This document shows positions 10,406 to 20,386 of a stretch of DNA of 64,000 bases, in pieces. The position numbers and the translations under genes were made by a program. Under the pieces are notes generated by a model that searched no databases, was not told where the DNA came from, and worked only from the letters and a program-made list of their open reading frames with translations. This DNA is from Candidatus Kapaibacterium sp. (GTDB taxonomy: Bacteria > Bacteroidota > Ignavibacteria > Kapaibacteriales > UBA2268): contig OY761611.1 of NCBI GenBank assembly GCA_963664875.1, positions 404,511 through 468,510 of the forward strand. Direction: 5' to 3'. Each line of letters begins with the position of its first letter. Position 1 is the first letter of the stretch.

Positions 10406-12022
10406 ATGAAAAGAAGAGATTTTGTAAAATCCGGTGTGGCATTAGGAGCTGGCTCAGTTATAGCACCATACATTTTGAAGGGCAAAAGCTTATATAAAAC
10501 TATAGATAATAACGAAATCCTAAATGATGACGATGATTCAATTATCGTGATTTTAGAGCTTTTTGGCGGCAATGATGGGTTGAATACTATTATTCCGTTT
10601 GATCAGGAAGACAAATATGTGAATTTACGACCAACTTTGGCTGTTCCGAAAGAAAAAGCGACTCAGTTCGGCTCATCTGATTTATGGTTCAATAACGCAC
10701 TTATCCAAGATATTCATAAAGATGGATTTTTGAGCCTTATGGATAACGGACAGTTAGCTGTGGTACAAGGCATTGGATACAATTACCCTAATCTGTCACA
10801 CTTCCAATCGAGAGATATATGGCATTCAGGTATTACTCCTGTTTCCGAAGATGATTATCCAAAACTTTTGGAAGGTTGGCTTGGAAGATATTTTGCCTCA
10901 AAATTAGACAACTTTCCTCTTGAAATTCCCGAACATCCTTTGGCTATTCAGATCGACGGCACTGTTTCAATGTTGCTAAACAGCAATAAAGGTTTTATGG
11001 GTATCGCTTTAGAGAATCCCGAGTCTTTTTATGAAAGTGGAAATGGTCTTGCTTCCTCTTTACCAAAATATCAGACTCCAACACGCAAATATGAGGATGA
11101 ATTCAACTATGTTCATGTTATCGCACAGCAGTCAGAAGATTATGCAAAAGCTGTGAAAGAGGCATGGGATCAAGGTAAAGATAAAATCAAAGTAGAATAT
11201 ACAGAAACCAGTGATTTGTCACAAAAATTTAAAATCATTTCTGCCTTGATCGCCGGCGGTTTGAAAACAAAGGTATATTTTGTAAGACTTTCAAATTTTG
11301 ATTCGCATGCGAAGCAGGCAGATGGTGATGGATATGGTCAGCATTGGACATTATTGCAAAAAATGGCGGGTGCTATCTCTGAATTTTTAGACGATGCAAA
11401 ACAAATAGGATACGCTGAGAGAGTGGTAGGTATGACTATTTCAGAATTTGGGAGGAGGCCGTTTGAAAATGGCTCAAGTGGTACTGATCACGGAGGTGGC
11501 TCCATGCAATTTGTATTTGCCGGAAGTGATAAGTATATAAATGGTGGCTACTACAAAGAACAAGGGGCACCAAGTCTTACAGATTTTGACCAATATGGTA
11601 ATATTTTGAAAAACTATGACTTTAGGCGTGTCTATGTGGATATGCTTGAAACTTGGTTCAAAGCTTCAAAAGAAGAAACACAAGCTGTTTTTGGTGAACA
11701 AATAACTTCTCTAAATATTCTGAATCCAAGAGCTACATCAGTCAGCGATTCTTTAGTTATTTCAGATAATATGCCTTTTAACATATCACCAAATCCTACA
11801 ATCAAAGAAGCTGCGATATCTTTCGAATTGAAATCGGCTGATTTTGTAAGTATCGATTTATACAGTGTTTTAGGAAATCGAATTTCTATGATTTACCAGG
11901 GGAATACCAATCCGGGTAGATACAGTATATCTGTAGGAGAAAACTTAGCTCCAGGCTCATATCTTGTAAACTTAAGAACAAAAAACAGAAGTTATACACA
12001 AAGATTTATAGTGATAAAATAA
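10406..12022 (+). CDS. DUF1501 (sulfatase/alkaline-phosphatase-like) protein with a twin-arginine signal and a C-terminal T9SS sorting domain
   Basis: RRDFVKSGVALGAG Tat-type signal. A GTDHGGG motif near the C-terminus of the catalytic domain. The last ~85 aa match the type-A Por secretion CTD (SPNP...LYSVLG...RFIVIK). Confidence 0.7.
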   Translation: MKRRDFVKSGVALGAGSVIAPYILKGKSLYKTIDNNEILNDDDDSIIVILELFGGNDGLNTIIPFDQEDKYVNLRPTLAVPKEKATQFGSSDLWFNNALIQDIHKDGFLSLMDNGQLAVVQGIGYNYPNLSHFQSRDIWHSGITPVSEDDYPKLLEGWLGRYFASKLDNFPLEIPEHPLAIQIDGTVSMLLNSNKGFMGIALENPESFYESGNGLASSLPKYQTPTRKYEDEFNYVHVIAQQSEDYAKAVKEAWDQGKDKIKVEYTETSDLSQKFKIISALIAGGLKTKVYFVRLSNFDSHAKQADGDGYGQHWTLLQKMAGAISEFLDDAKQIGYAERVVGMTISEFGRRPFENGSSGTDHGGGSMQFVFAGSDKYINGGYYKEQGAPSLTDFDQYGNILKNYDFRRVYVDMLETWFKASKEETQAVFGEQITSLNILNPRATSVSDSLVISDNMPFNISPNPTIKEAAISFELKSADFVSIDLYSVLGNRISMIYQGNTNPGRYSISVGENLAPGSYLVNLRTKNRSYTQRFIVIK

Positions 12023-15000
12023 ATGAGAGGACTGTTATACATATTGTTTCTATTGCTGCTCTTCGTAAATTTATCGGCTTACGAAGAGTGTGATTCTATA
12101 AGAACCTGTACCCAAAATGCAATAACTTTCGAAGTTACTTCAGGAAAGGGTGCACATTATTTGGAAGTTCAAAATACAGAATCAATAGAAGCAATAGTTG
12201 ATAGTATGACAGTCGATTTTTGGCTGAAGGCAGAAGAACAACCTGACAAAAATCAGTTCATTGCCGGAATATGGGGGCCGGGAGACGACTATAATGATGT
12301 TTGGTCAATTTATATCGACAGGCAAAACAGACTAACATTTCAGATAAACGGAGAAAATAGTAACAAGGGCTATACAGATAACACTTTTTGCTCTTTAGAT
12401 TACAATCCTTTCTTCGGTGATTGGCAGCATATCTATGCAATATTTGACGGAAGTACTTCCAAAGTTTTACTATATGTAAATGGAGAACTGTTAGCTTCCG
12501 GTATTAACGCGGAATATCCTGTCAAAAGACTAAGGAAACGTGCAAATGAAGAACTAAATATGCAAATTGGCTCTACAAACGCAGTTTCTGATGATTTGAA
12601 TTTGAATAGAACTCTTCTTGGGCAGATTGATGAATTCAGGCTTTGGAATAAGATATTTGACGAAGACAGAATGTTTTGTCAAAAAGATGAATCTTTAGAG
12701 GGTAATGAAAAAGGACTCGTTTTATATCATCGATATAATGAAACTCCCGATAATTACATAATATGCGATGCTACCGGTAACGGCAATTTCGGAATGGCTA
12801 GGAGTGGAGCGTCTTGTACACCATCTCAAAGATATTATCAAAACACTCTTATAGTCACCTCATTGGGACAAGAGTTGCCCTTAAAAGATACTATAGTTTG
12901 TGATGAAGAAAAGACATACTCTTTTGAAGTTCATAACATTTCGCAATGTCCAAAATCTGTAACCGTCAGGATTAGAGGAGACTACCCTAATAAGTACACT
13001 ATTTCACCGCTTAGCAAATTCAATTTAGAGCCTGATGAAAAAATGCAGTTTTCTGTAAATTTGCAAGCTGATTTTGTTGGGAAAATCAGATCTGTGTTAG
13101 ATGTTTATAACGGAAACAGATGCAGGGATTGGAATAGTTATTACATGGATATTACACGTTTAACCGAATTTTCTTATAGTACTGATACGATTGGATTTAA
13201 TGTTCTAAAAGCTAATTGCTTAGAAGTCAGGGAAGATATTCGGAGTGTTACAATCTGCAACAACAGCAACGCGATAGGAGCAGGGAGGACTGTACAAATA
13301 GAAAATATGTCAGTAAATAACCCAGAAGCATTTCAGATATTATTGCCTAAACCTTTGCCTATCCAATTAAGTCCCGGAGAATGTATAGATATTCCGGTCA
13401 AATTTAACAATCTTGACTTTGCCGGAGATTTTTACGATACACTTAAAATAGAAACCGATGATAAATGCGATACTACTCGCAAAATTGAATTAGAAGGTCA
13501 CATCATTGAAGTTTTCAAGCTAACAGATGAAAGCGGTAATAACGAAATAACTAAATTTGATTTTGGGACTGAATGTATAGATTACATAACGCCTGCTGAA
13601 TCATATATTTGGCAAAACCTGACTAAAGACAATCCTTACATAGAGGAAGAAGATATCTACATAGATACCATAATTGTACCGGAACATTTTATAAGTAAAA
13701 ATTTTGACTTCCCTGTAAATATAGATACTTATGACGGCCATTATATACACTATTTCAGGTTTTTGCCTACAGCACAAGGCAATTTTGTAGATAGTGTTAT
13801 TTTTATCATCAAATCCGGTGAATGCACTATTGAAAAGAAGGTTGAAGTTTCAGGGAAAGGTTACTACGCCAATCTTCAATTTGATGATGCTATGGTAGAT
13901 TTTGGAGATGTAATTATTGGGCAAGAGAAAACTATAGATATTCCGATTACAAATCTAAGTGATGAGCCTGTCAATTTGCTTGCATATCTCAAATATGGTT
14001 CCGGTTTTTACTTTGCTTCCGGACAGGATTTGAATCTTGCTCCAAATCAAACTAAGAAAGTAAGTATAATTTTTAGACCTATAGTTGATTCTACTTATAC
14101 TGATGAGCTTTGTTATTTAGAAAAAAGATGCTATGAGTCAGATTGTATTACATTGAACGGAAAAGGTATTTATCAGATATTTTCTTACGAACCAAATATT
14201 CTTTTGTTCGATAAAGTTCTTGCCTGTGACTCAAAAATTGACTCTATTCAAATAGCAAATACAGGTAGTAGTCCAATAGTGCTTTCAAATTTTATAATCG
14301 ATGATCAGAGTAATAAATATACTTATCTTGATAATAATACTTTGTTGCCTACTGCACTACCAAATATTATAAATTTTGCTCCCGGTAACAAGCTCACATT
14401 CGTTTTTTCTTATGCTCCTGATGATATTACTATGGACAGAGCAGATAGAGCGTTCCTGCGTTTTGTAGATGATAAAAATCAAGACTGGCATTTGAAATTG
14501 TTTGCAACTTCGGTCAATCCCAAAATTTATATAACAGAGGAAACTAAGTACGGAATTATCGAAGTTAGCGATAGTAAAAGAGATACATTAGTTATTGAGA
14601 ATATTTCGCAATCAATAATTGCATTAGATAGCTTGTCCGTTTCGGATGGATTCGAGATTGTCTATCCCAATCCTACAAATTTTAGTCAGGATTTGAATCC
14701 CGGCGATACTATTATGTTGATTGTTGATTTCGTTCCGACTGTGCCAAAATACTACGAAGGAATTGTTTATGTTGGAGCCAATTCCCCTTGTGTTTCTTAT
14801 GCAGAAGGTAAATTAACAGGAAATGCTATAATCGTTCCATTAGAAGTACCAATATCTACCATTAGTTATGGATATATTAAGTCATGTGATTGTGAAGAAC
14901 GCAATATTACATTGATAAATGCTTCGAACACTTTTCCTATGGTCATAGATTCAGTTTGGATTGATGATTTTAATGCTTCGAATCCATATCCGGAATTTTT

Positions 15001-17068
15001 TACATGGACTTCTTCTTTTTACAAAGCTAATGGAGAAGTTCTTCCATACGAAATACCTGCTGGTCAGTTTGATACTCTGGTTGTTTCATATTGTCCCGGT
15101 AATCCATCTAAACGTGAATTTATAAATAATGATGCAACTTTGCATTTAACCTCTCACGGACAATCTTGGGAAAGAAATTTTGATGTTTATTTATCAGGGA
15201 AACGGAATTTGACATTTGAGGCAGATCCAACTTATGTTGCATTTCCTCCGACAAGGGTAGATACCTTAGCCCCATCGAGATATGTTAATATTACTATCCC
15301 GGAAATAGCTGTAAACCCGGAACAAATGCCATTGAAGATTGATTCTATATCTTTTAGCCCTGCAGAAAGAGTTTTTTCTGCAATCGATTATAGAACAGGT
15401 TTAGATAAAAATATTACTCTTGCCTTAGGGGATACTTTACCTTTGCAGATAGACTTCAAGCCGCGTGCTGTTAGAGAGTATTATGCAAAGATGATTTTGC
15501 ACTTTTCTGAACCGTGTCCTGAGTTAGACTCTACAATTGAGCTATATGGTTCTGCGTTTGCCCCTGCTTATGCTCTTAATTTTAGATTCGATACGTTAGA
15601 TATAGAATTAGATACATTTAAAATGATAAGCTGCGATACTCTTTCAGTGCCAATTTATTCATCTCGTGAGATTCCGGCAGAGATAGTAGATATTGGCATT
15701 AAAATAATCTACGACACGGACAAGTTAGATTTGATAGGAGCAGATTCTTATTATTTGACAAAATCCTGTTTCAGTTATTCTCCATCTATATCAATCAAAG
15801 ATTCTTCTGCTGATGGGAAAGCACTTTTGCTGAAAAATTTCTGCGGGGTTGACTCTCTAAAGCCATTATGTCATGCAAAATTTGTATCAAAACTTCAGAT
15901 GCGAGATACTTTACTCATAAAAATGGACTCATTAACTTTTGACACTGAAGAAGTGATACTTTACGACATTATTGCAACTAATGATAGTGCGATGGTAGTA
16001 ATTTTAGAACCTGACTTTAGGGTTTCTCAGCCCATCACATACGATAGTGTTCAGATATTAGATTGTGTAACTCGTACATTTGAAATTGTGAACTCCGGAG
16101 ATATACCTATAAGTCTATCTTCAATACTGAATTTACCCACTGATGTACTGATTGTAAATTCAGTCCCGGCTCTTGATGTAATGTTTGATGTTGGCGACAC
16201 TGCTTTTATTGAGATAGAGTATTGCCCTCAATCTAAAGATACAATCGATACTGAAGTCTATCCTTTCAGCAATGATCCGTGCCAAATAAGTGATACCAGC
16301 TTTATCTCAGGATATGGTTTTGCACCTGATTTACCTCTAGCTTTTAAATTTGATTTATCGGTTTTAGTACCTGAATTTAGCGGAACTATTGGGGAAAGAC
16401 TCACCATACCTGTTTTTTTAGATACAAATCTTTCAACTATTCTAAAAGGTAAGGAACATTGGCTGCGTGATTTACAATTTGATTTACGAATTACTTACAA
16501 TCCACGAGCTTTGCAGTATATCGGACTTGTAGATTCCAAAATTGACTTCTCAGAAACAGATTATCAACCGGGAAATATTGTCCTTAAAGCTAATAATATT
16601 GATAGTTTAAGCAAGGGACAATTATTCAACTTGATTTTTGAGGCAACTGTTCCTGATGTAATTTCTTCCGATTTGCAAGTAGAAGTTAGCAATTTAGATT
16701 CTCAAGAATTGATGTTCCTTGATTTATATCCAAGCGGAGGAAAGGGGATTTACAATAGTGATGGAAAGTGTTTTATATCTTATTTCAAATTCGAGTCTTC
16801 CGAAACACAATTATTTGGCAACTATCCTAATCCATGGTCAGAAAAAACAACTGTCCGCTTCAAATTGGGTGAAAAAGTGCCGGTTAGTTTAGACTTATAT
16901 TCTTACACAGGCGAAAAAATAGAAACCCTGATTGATAGTAATTATCCATTTGAAAGGGGAGAATATAGTATAGAATTATTATCCGGAAATTTGAAATCCG
17001 GTTTGTATTATTTGACATTCAAAGCCGGCATTTATACTGAAAATATTTCTATTATGCTTGTTAAGTAA
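12023..17068 (+). CDS. 1681-aa secreted protein: N-terminal LamG/ConA-like lectin domain, about 8-9 Ig-like (ASH/PapD-like) repeats, a cohesin-like domain, and a T9SS C-terminal sorting domain
   Basis: Signal peptide. The EFRLWN motif of LamG domains is present. Recurring ~100-aa beta-sandwich repeats are visible. The C-terminus YPNPWSEKTTVRF...GLYYLTFKAG...IMLVK is a type-A T9SS CTD. The ATG directly abuts the upstream TAA. Confidence 0.75.
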   Translation: MRGLLYILFLLLLFVNLSAYEECDSIRTCTQNAITFEVTSGKGAHYLEVQNTESIEAIVDSMTVDFWLKAEEQPDKNQFIAGIWGPGDDYNDVWSIYIDRQNRLTFQINGENSNKGYTDNTFCSLDYNPFFGDWQHIYAIFDGSTSKVLLYVNGELLASGINAEYPVKRLRKRANEELNMQIGSTNAVSDDLNLNRTLLGQIDEFRLWNKIFDEDRMFCQKDESLEGNEKGLVLYHRYNETPDNYIICDATGNGNFGMARSGASCTPSQRYYQNTLIVTSLGQELPLKDTIVCDEEKTYSFEVHNISQCPKSVTVRIRGDYPNKYTISPLSKFNLEPDEKMQFSVNLQADFVGKIRSVLDVYNGNRCRDWNSYYMDITRLTEFSYSTDTIGFNVLKANCLEVREDIRSVTICNNSNAIGAGRTVQIENMSVNNPEAFQILLPKPLPIQLSPGECIDIPVKFNNLDFAGDFYDTLKIETDDKCDTTRKIELEGHIIEVFKLTDESGNNEITKFDFGTECIDYITPAESYIWQNLTKDNPYIEEEDIYIDTIIVPEHFISKNFDFPVNIDTYDGHYIHYFRFLPTAQGNFVDSVIFIIKSGECTIEKKVEVSGKGYYANLQFDDAMVDFGDVIIGQEKTIDIPITNLSDEPVNLLAYLKYGSGFYFASGQDLNLAPNQTKKVSIIFRPIVDSTYTDELCYLEKRCYESDCITLNGKGIYQIFSYEPNILLFDKVLACDSKIDSIQIANTGSSPIVLSNFIIDDQSNKYTYLDNNTLLPTALPNIINFAPGNKLTFVFSYAPDDITMDRADRAFLRFVDDKNQDWHLKLFATSVNPKIYITEETKYGIIEVSDSKRDTLVIENISQSIIALDSLSVSDGFEIVYPNPTNFSQDLNPGDTIMLIVDFVPTVPKYYEGIVYVGANSPCVSYAEGKLTGNAIIVPLEVPISTISYGYIKSCDCEERNITLINASNTFPMVIDSVWIDDFNASNPYPEFFTWTSSFYKANGEVLPYEIPAGQFDTLVVSYCPGNPSKREFINNDATLHLTSHGQSWERNFDVYLSGKRNLTFEADPTYVAFPPTRVDTLAPSRYVNITIPEIAVNPEQMPLKIDSISFSPAERVFSAIDYRTGLDKNITLALGDTLPLQIDFKPRAVREYYAKMILHFSEPCPELDSTIELYGSAFAPAYALNFRFDTLDIELDTFKMISCDTLSVPIYSSREIPAEIVDIGIKIIYDTDKLDLIGADSYYLTKSCFSYSPSISIKDSSADGKALLLKNFCGVDSLKPLCHAKFVSKLQMRDTLLIKMDSLTFDTEEVILYDIIATNDSAMVVILEPDFRVSQPITYDSVQILDCVTRTFEIVNSGDIPISLSSILNLPTDVLIVNSVPALDVMFDVGDTAFIEIEYCPQSKDTIDTEVYPFSNDPCQISDTSFISGYGFAPDLPLAFKFDLSVLVPEFSGTIGERLTIPVFLDTNLSTILKGKEHWLRDLQFDLRITYNPRALQYIGLVDSKIDFSETDYQPGNIVLKANNIDSLSKGQLFNLIFEATVPDVISSDLQVEVSNLDSQELMFLDLYPSGGKGIYNSDGKCFISYFKFESSETQLFGNYPNPWSEKTTVRFKLGEKVPVSLDLYSYTGEKIETLIDSNYPFERGEYSIELLSGNLKSGLYYLTFKAGIYTENISIMLVK

Positions 17069-17073
17069 ATTAA

Positions 17074-19020
17074 TTATTTATCAATAGGATTAGCAACTTC
17101 TATAAGGACTGTCCTGCAGTAGAAACGCCCCTCCGGTGTTTTGATATCAAATTTGATATTATCAGAACCTAAACCCAAACATGATTTGATTTGTGATTCT
17201 GTTGTGTATTTTTGAACAATTTTGCGAACAGCATCAGCACGTCTTTGAGATAATTCCTGATTGTATTCATAACCACCCAGTAAATCCGTTGATCCTGTTA
17301 TGTCAATCTCAGCATTATTCGAAATTTGAGAGCTTAGAAATGAATCTAAATATTCTTGATTTGTTTCATTTATCTTATCGCTATCGAAATCAAAAACTAT
17401 AAGATTCAATCTAGCCAATTCGAAATCATTTTGCTTAAGAGTTACAGGTAATACAAAAGTTGTGTCGTAAATATTCGAAAGTCTGTCACGCGTCAAAACC
17501 CTGATTGAATATTGCCCGTAAGAAGACAATAAACTACTTACATCTGAGATGTAATGGATGAATTTACTTTGCACTTTGTTTGAACTGTTCGAATAGATTA
17601 GATTCTTTCCATTATAGAGCTCTACTTCAATATTTTTGGCTGCATCTGAATTTTCAATTTCTAATTCAAAGTAAAGATCCTTTGACTTTAGCAGTACTTC
17701 AGAATATTGTTCATGTATTACAGGTCGGAAAAGTGATTGATTGTTAGATAGTAATTCTACTCTTCTGTTTTCAGCATATCCTTCGGAATATTCAGTACTA
17801 GAAATTTTGTCCGGCAATTGCTGATATTTTGTAATTATTTGTTTAGGGTTGATGTTCCATCTTTGGATAAGATAATTTTTAACAGACATAGCTCGATTTC
17901 TCGCTAATTCAATTTTATCCGTCGAGTCGATGACTTCTCTGCCATCTGTTACGCCTTTTATTATCAATGTGTTAGAGGTGTCTTTTGATAGTCTGTCGCC
18001 TATAATGTTGAGTAATTGGTAATATATACTTATATTATTTTTAGGAAGATATTCTTCGCCTTTATAATTCGTTTTATCTACGAATTTGATCGGAATATCT
18101 ACCGATGCACTATCAAAAAATATATAAGGAAGCAAAGGATAGGTTTGCGTTACTGTAGTTTCTAAGTAGTTAATATTGTTTATAGTTATGTTTTTATATA
18201 CTATGGGACGAATAGTATCTTCAACAATTACTTGTTCATCTTTTGTAAAATTTGATATTTGTTCAGAATGAATATCCTTTTCTAAATTTAAAAACCATAC
18301 AGCACTAAGTCCAACTTTAAGCATATTTGAACTCCATTCATTATCTGCAAGTGTTGAATTTAGCTGATATCTATATGTAATCTCGGGTATGATTGCAAAT
18401 GAGCTATCTCGATTGTATCTACCAAAAATTGATAGGTTCAAACCATAATTGGTAGAGTTTATATTCATCTTACCGGATTCTATTGTATGACTTCTGGTTT
18501 CATCAGGAAACAGGATACCATTGGGAGAATCTATTGTTTCAGTGTTAGTGTAATTGTTGCCAAACATTTCAGTACTAATATCAAAGCCCCCACGGACGCC
18601 AATTGGAATATTTTTGATAGGATAATACTTTACTCCCAAATCAAGTAAAAGATATTTGATACTTGCCTCTAAATTATGTTTCAGTACCAATTCTTGATAA
18701 GTATTATCTACAAATACTTTTAAACCTGTTCGATTGGTATATTGAAAATCTAATGGTCTTACGTCGTATAATACTTTTGTATCAAATTCTAAGAAATTAG
18801 GGTAGATAATATAACCGGCGTTCAAACCAAACGATAAAGAAGATGAATTACCGGATTGATAAAGCCCACAGTCTGTAGATTTGGGGTATAACGGAATTGC
18901 TGATTCATTATAAATAGAATTATAATAAACAGTTGGTCCTAAGTACAGCTTGTTTTCTGCAATAAGTGCCACCGGCATAACAAATAGCAGAAATAATATA
19001 ATTATACTCGAAGTTTTCAT
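17074..19020 (-). CDS. outer-membrane protein with an N-terminal beta-barrel-like region and two OmpA-like peptidoglycan-binding domains
   Basis: Signal peptide. There are two OmpA_C-like segments (…ARNRAMSVKNYLI…NRRVELL, and …SQRRADAVRKIVQKY… at the C-terminus). Confidence 0.7.
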   Translation of the reverse strand: MKTSSIIILFLLFVMPVALIAENKLYLGPTVYYNSIYNESAIPLYPKSTDCGLYQSGNSSSLSFGLNAGYIIYPNFLEFDTKVLYDVRPLDFQYTNRTGLKVFVDNTYQELVLKHNLEASIKYLLLDLGVKYYPIKNIPIGVRGGFDISTEMFGNNYTNTETIDSPNGILFPDETRSHTIESGKMNINSTNYGLNLSIFGRYNRDSSFAIIPEITYRYQLNSTLADNEWSSNMLKVGLSAVWFLNLEKDIHSEQISNFTKDEQVIVEDTIRPIVYKNITINNINYLETTVTQTYPLLPYIFFDSASVDIPIKFVDKTNYKGEEYLPKNNISIYYQLLNIIGDRLSKDTSNTLIIKGVTDGREVIDSTDKIELARNRAMSVKNYLIQRWNINPKQIITKYQQLPDKISSTEYSEGYAENRRVELLSNNQSLFRPVIHEQYSEVLLKSKDLYFELEIENSDAAKNIEVELYNGKNLIYSNSSNKVQSKFIHYISDVSSLLSSYGQYSIRVLTRDRLSNIYDTTFVLPVTLKQNDFELARLNLIVFDFDSDKINETNQEYLDSFLSSQISNNAEIDITGSTDLLGGYEYNQELSQRRADAVRKIVQKYTTESQIKSCLGLGSDNIKFDIKTPEGRFYCRTVLIEVANPIDK

Positions 19021-19055
19021 GAGTATATAAACTACTGAGTTAAGATTTTAGTATT

Positions 19056-19095
19056 AAAAAAAGGAGATAGCAAGCTACCTCCTTTATAAAAATAT
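19056..19095 (-). terminator. probable intrinsic terminator of the DUF1015 gene
   Basis: On the minus strand: hairpin aaggaggtagc/tatctcctt followed by a T7 run, directly 3' of the stop at 19112. Confidence 0.45.
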
Positions 19096-19111
19096 TTCTA
19101 TCTCAAACTTC

Positions 19112-20353
19112 TTAGTCTAAGAAGTGAACGAATAAGCCGTCTCTTAATTTAGGTTCAAACCAAGTAGATTTTGGAGGCATAATTTTGCCTGCATCTGCAA
19201 TGTCCATCAACTCATCTGTTGAAGTCGGGAACATAGAGAAAGCTACCTTCATTTCGCCGGAGTTTACTCTTCTTTCCAATTCATTAAGACCTCTGATTCC
19301 ACCGATAAAGTCGATATTATCGCTTGTGCGTGGATCTTCGATTCCAAGTATTGGATTTAGTACAAAGTTTTGTAAAACTGCAACGTCTAATGATTCTACA
19401 GGGTCATCAATTTTAGTTAAATGTTCTTTTGCTGTTAAGCAGTACCATTGACCGTCCATATACATACCTACTTCGCCTTTTGCTTTAGGAGTATATTGAG
19501 CATCAACTTTTGTGCAATCGAAGTGTTGAGTTAATTTGTTAAAAAACTCTTCTTCTGTATTGCCATTCAAATCTTTAACTACACGATTATAGTCCATGAT
19601 GTATAGTTCGTGAGCAGGGAAAAGCACAGCTAAAAAGAAATTATATTCTTCATTGCCATTGTGATTAGTGTTCGCATTTTGACGTTCACGACCTACGATT
19701 GCTGCAGCAGCAGATCTATGATGACCATCGGCAACATAGAATGCATCAACACCACCTAATAAGGTCTGGATTTTTTCAATATGCGTGTCATTATCGATTA
19801 CCCAAGACTGATGGCGAATACCATCTTCTGCCACATGATCGTTATCCGGTTCAGCTTTTTTAACTTCTTCTACAATAGCGTTTACTTCGTCCAAATCTCT
19901 ATAAGTAAGGAAAATAGGACCAGTATGTGCATTTGTTACTCTAACGTGGTTACATCTGTCTTCTTCTTTTACCGCACGAGTTTTTTCGTGTTTTTTAATT
20001 ACATCATTCCAGTAATCATCAACAGATGCACATCCTACAAGACCGTTCTGAGTTCTGCCGTTCATAGTCTGAGCATAAACATAGAAGCAAGGTTTTGCAT
20101 CTTCAACTAAGTTACCGTCAGATATAAGTTTTTCAAGATTTTCTTTTCCTTTGTTGTAAACTTCAGCAGAATACAAATTAACAGAAGGATCCAAATCGAC
20201 TTCAGGTTTTCCAACATGAAGGAAAGAAAGTGGTTTACCTTCTACCATTTTACGAGCTTCTTCCGAATTCATAACATCATAAGGAAGTGCTGCAATATCA
20301 CCTGCTTTACCTTTGGCAGGTCTAAATGCTTTGAATGGACGAAAAACTGCCAT
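19112..20353 (-). CDS. DUF1015-family protein
   Basis: 413 aa. The N-terminus MAVFRPFKAFRP and overall length are typical of DUF1015. It lies immediately downstream of the serA-like gene. Confidence 0.65.
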   Translation of the reverse strand: MAVFRPFKAFRPAKGKAGDIAALPYDVMNSEEARKMVEGKPLSFLHVGKPEVDLDPSVNLYSAEVYNKGKENLEKLISDGNLVEDAKPCFYVYAQTMNGRTQNGLVGCASVDDYWNDVIKKHEKTRAVKEEDRCNHVRVTNAHTGPIFLTYRDLDEVNAIVEEVKKAEPDNDHVAEDGIRHQSWVIDNDTHIEKIQTLLGGVDAFYVADGHHRSAAAAIVGRERQNANTNHNGNEEYNFFLAVLFPAHELYIMDYNRVVKDLNGNTEEEFFNKLTQHFDCTKVDAQYTPKAKGEVGMYMDGQWYCLTAKEHLTKIDDPVESLDVAVLQNFVLNPILGIEDPRTSDNIDFIGGIRGLNELERRVNSGEMKVAFSMFPTSTDELMDIADAGKIMPPKSTWFEPKLRDGLFVHFLD

Positions 20354-20386
20354 TATAATATCCTTTTTATTTATCTAATTTATTGA

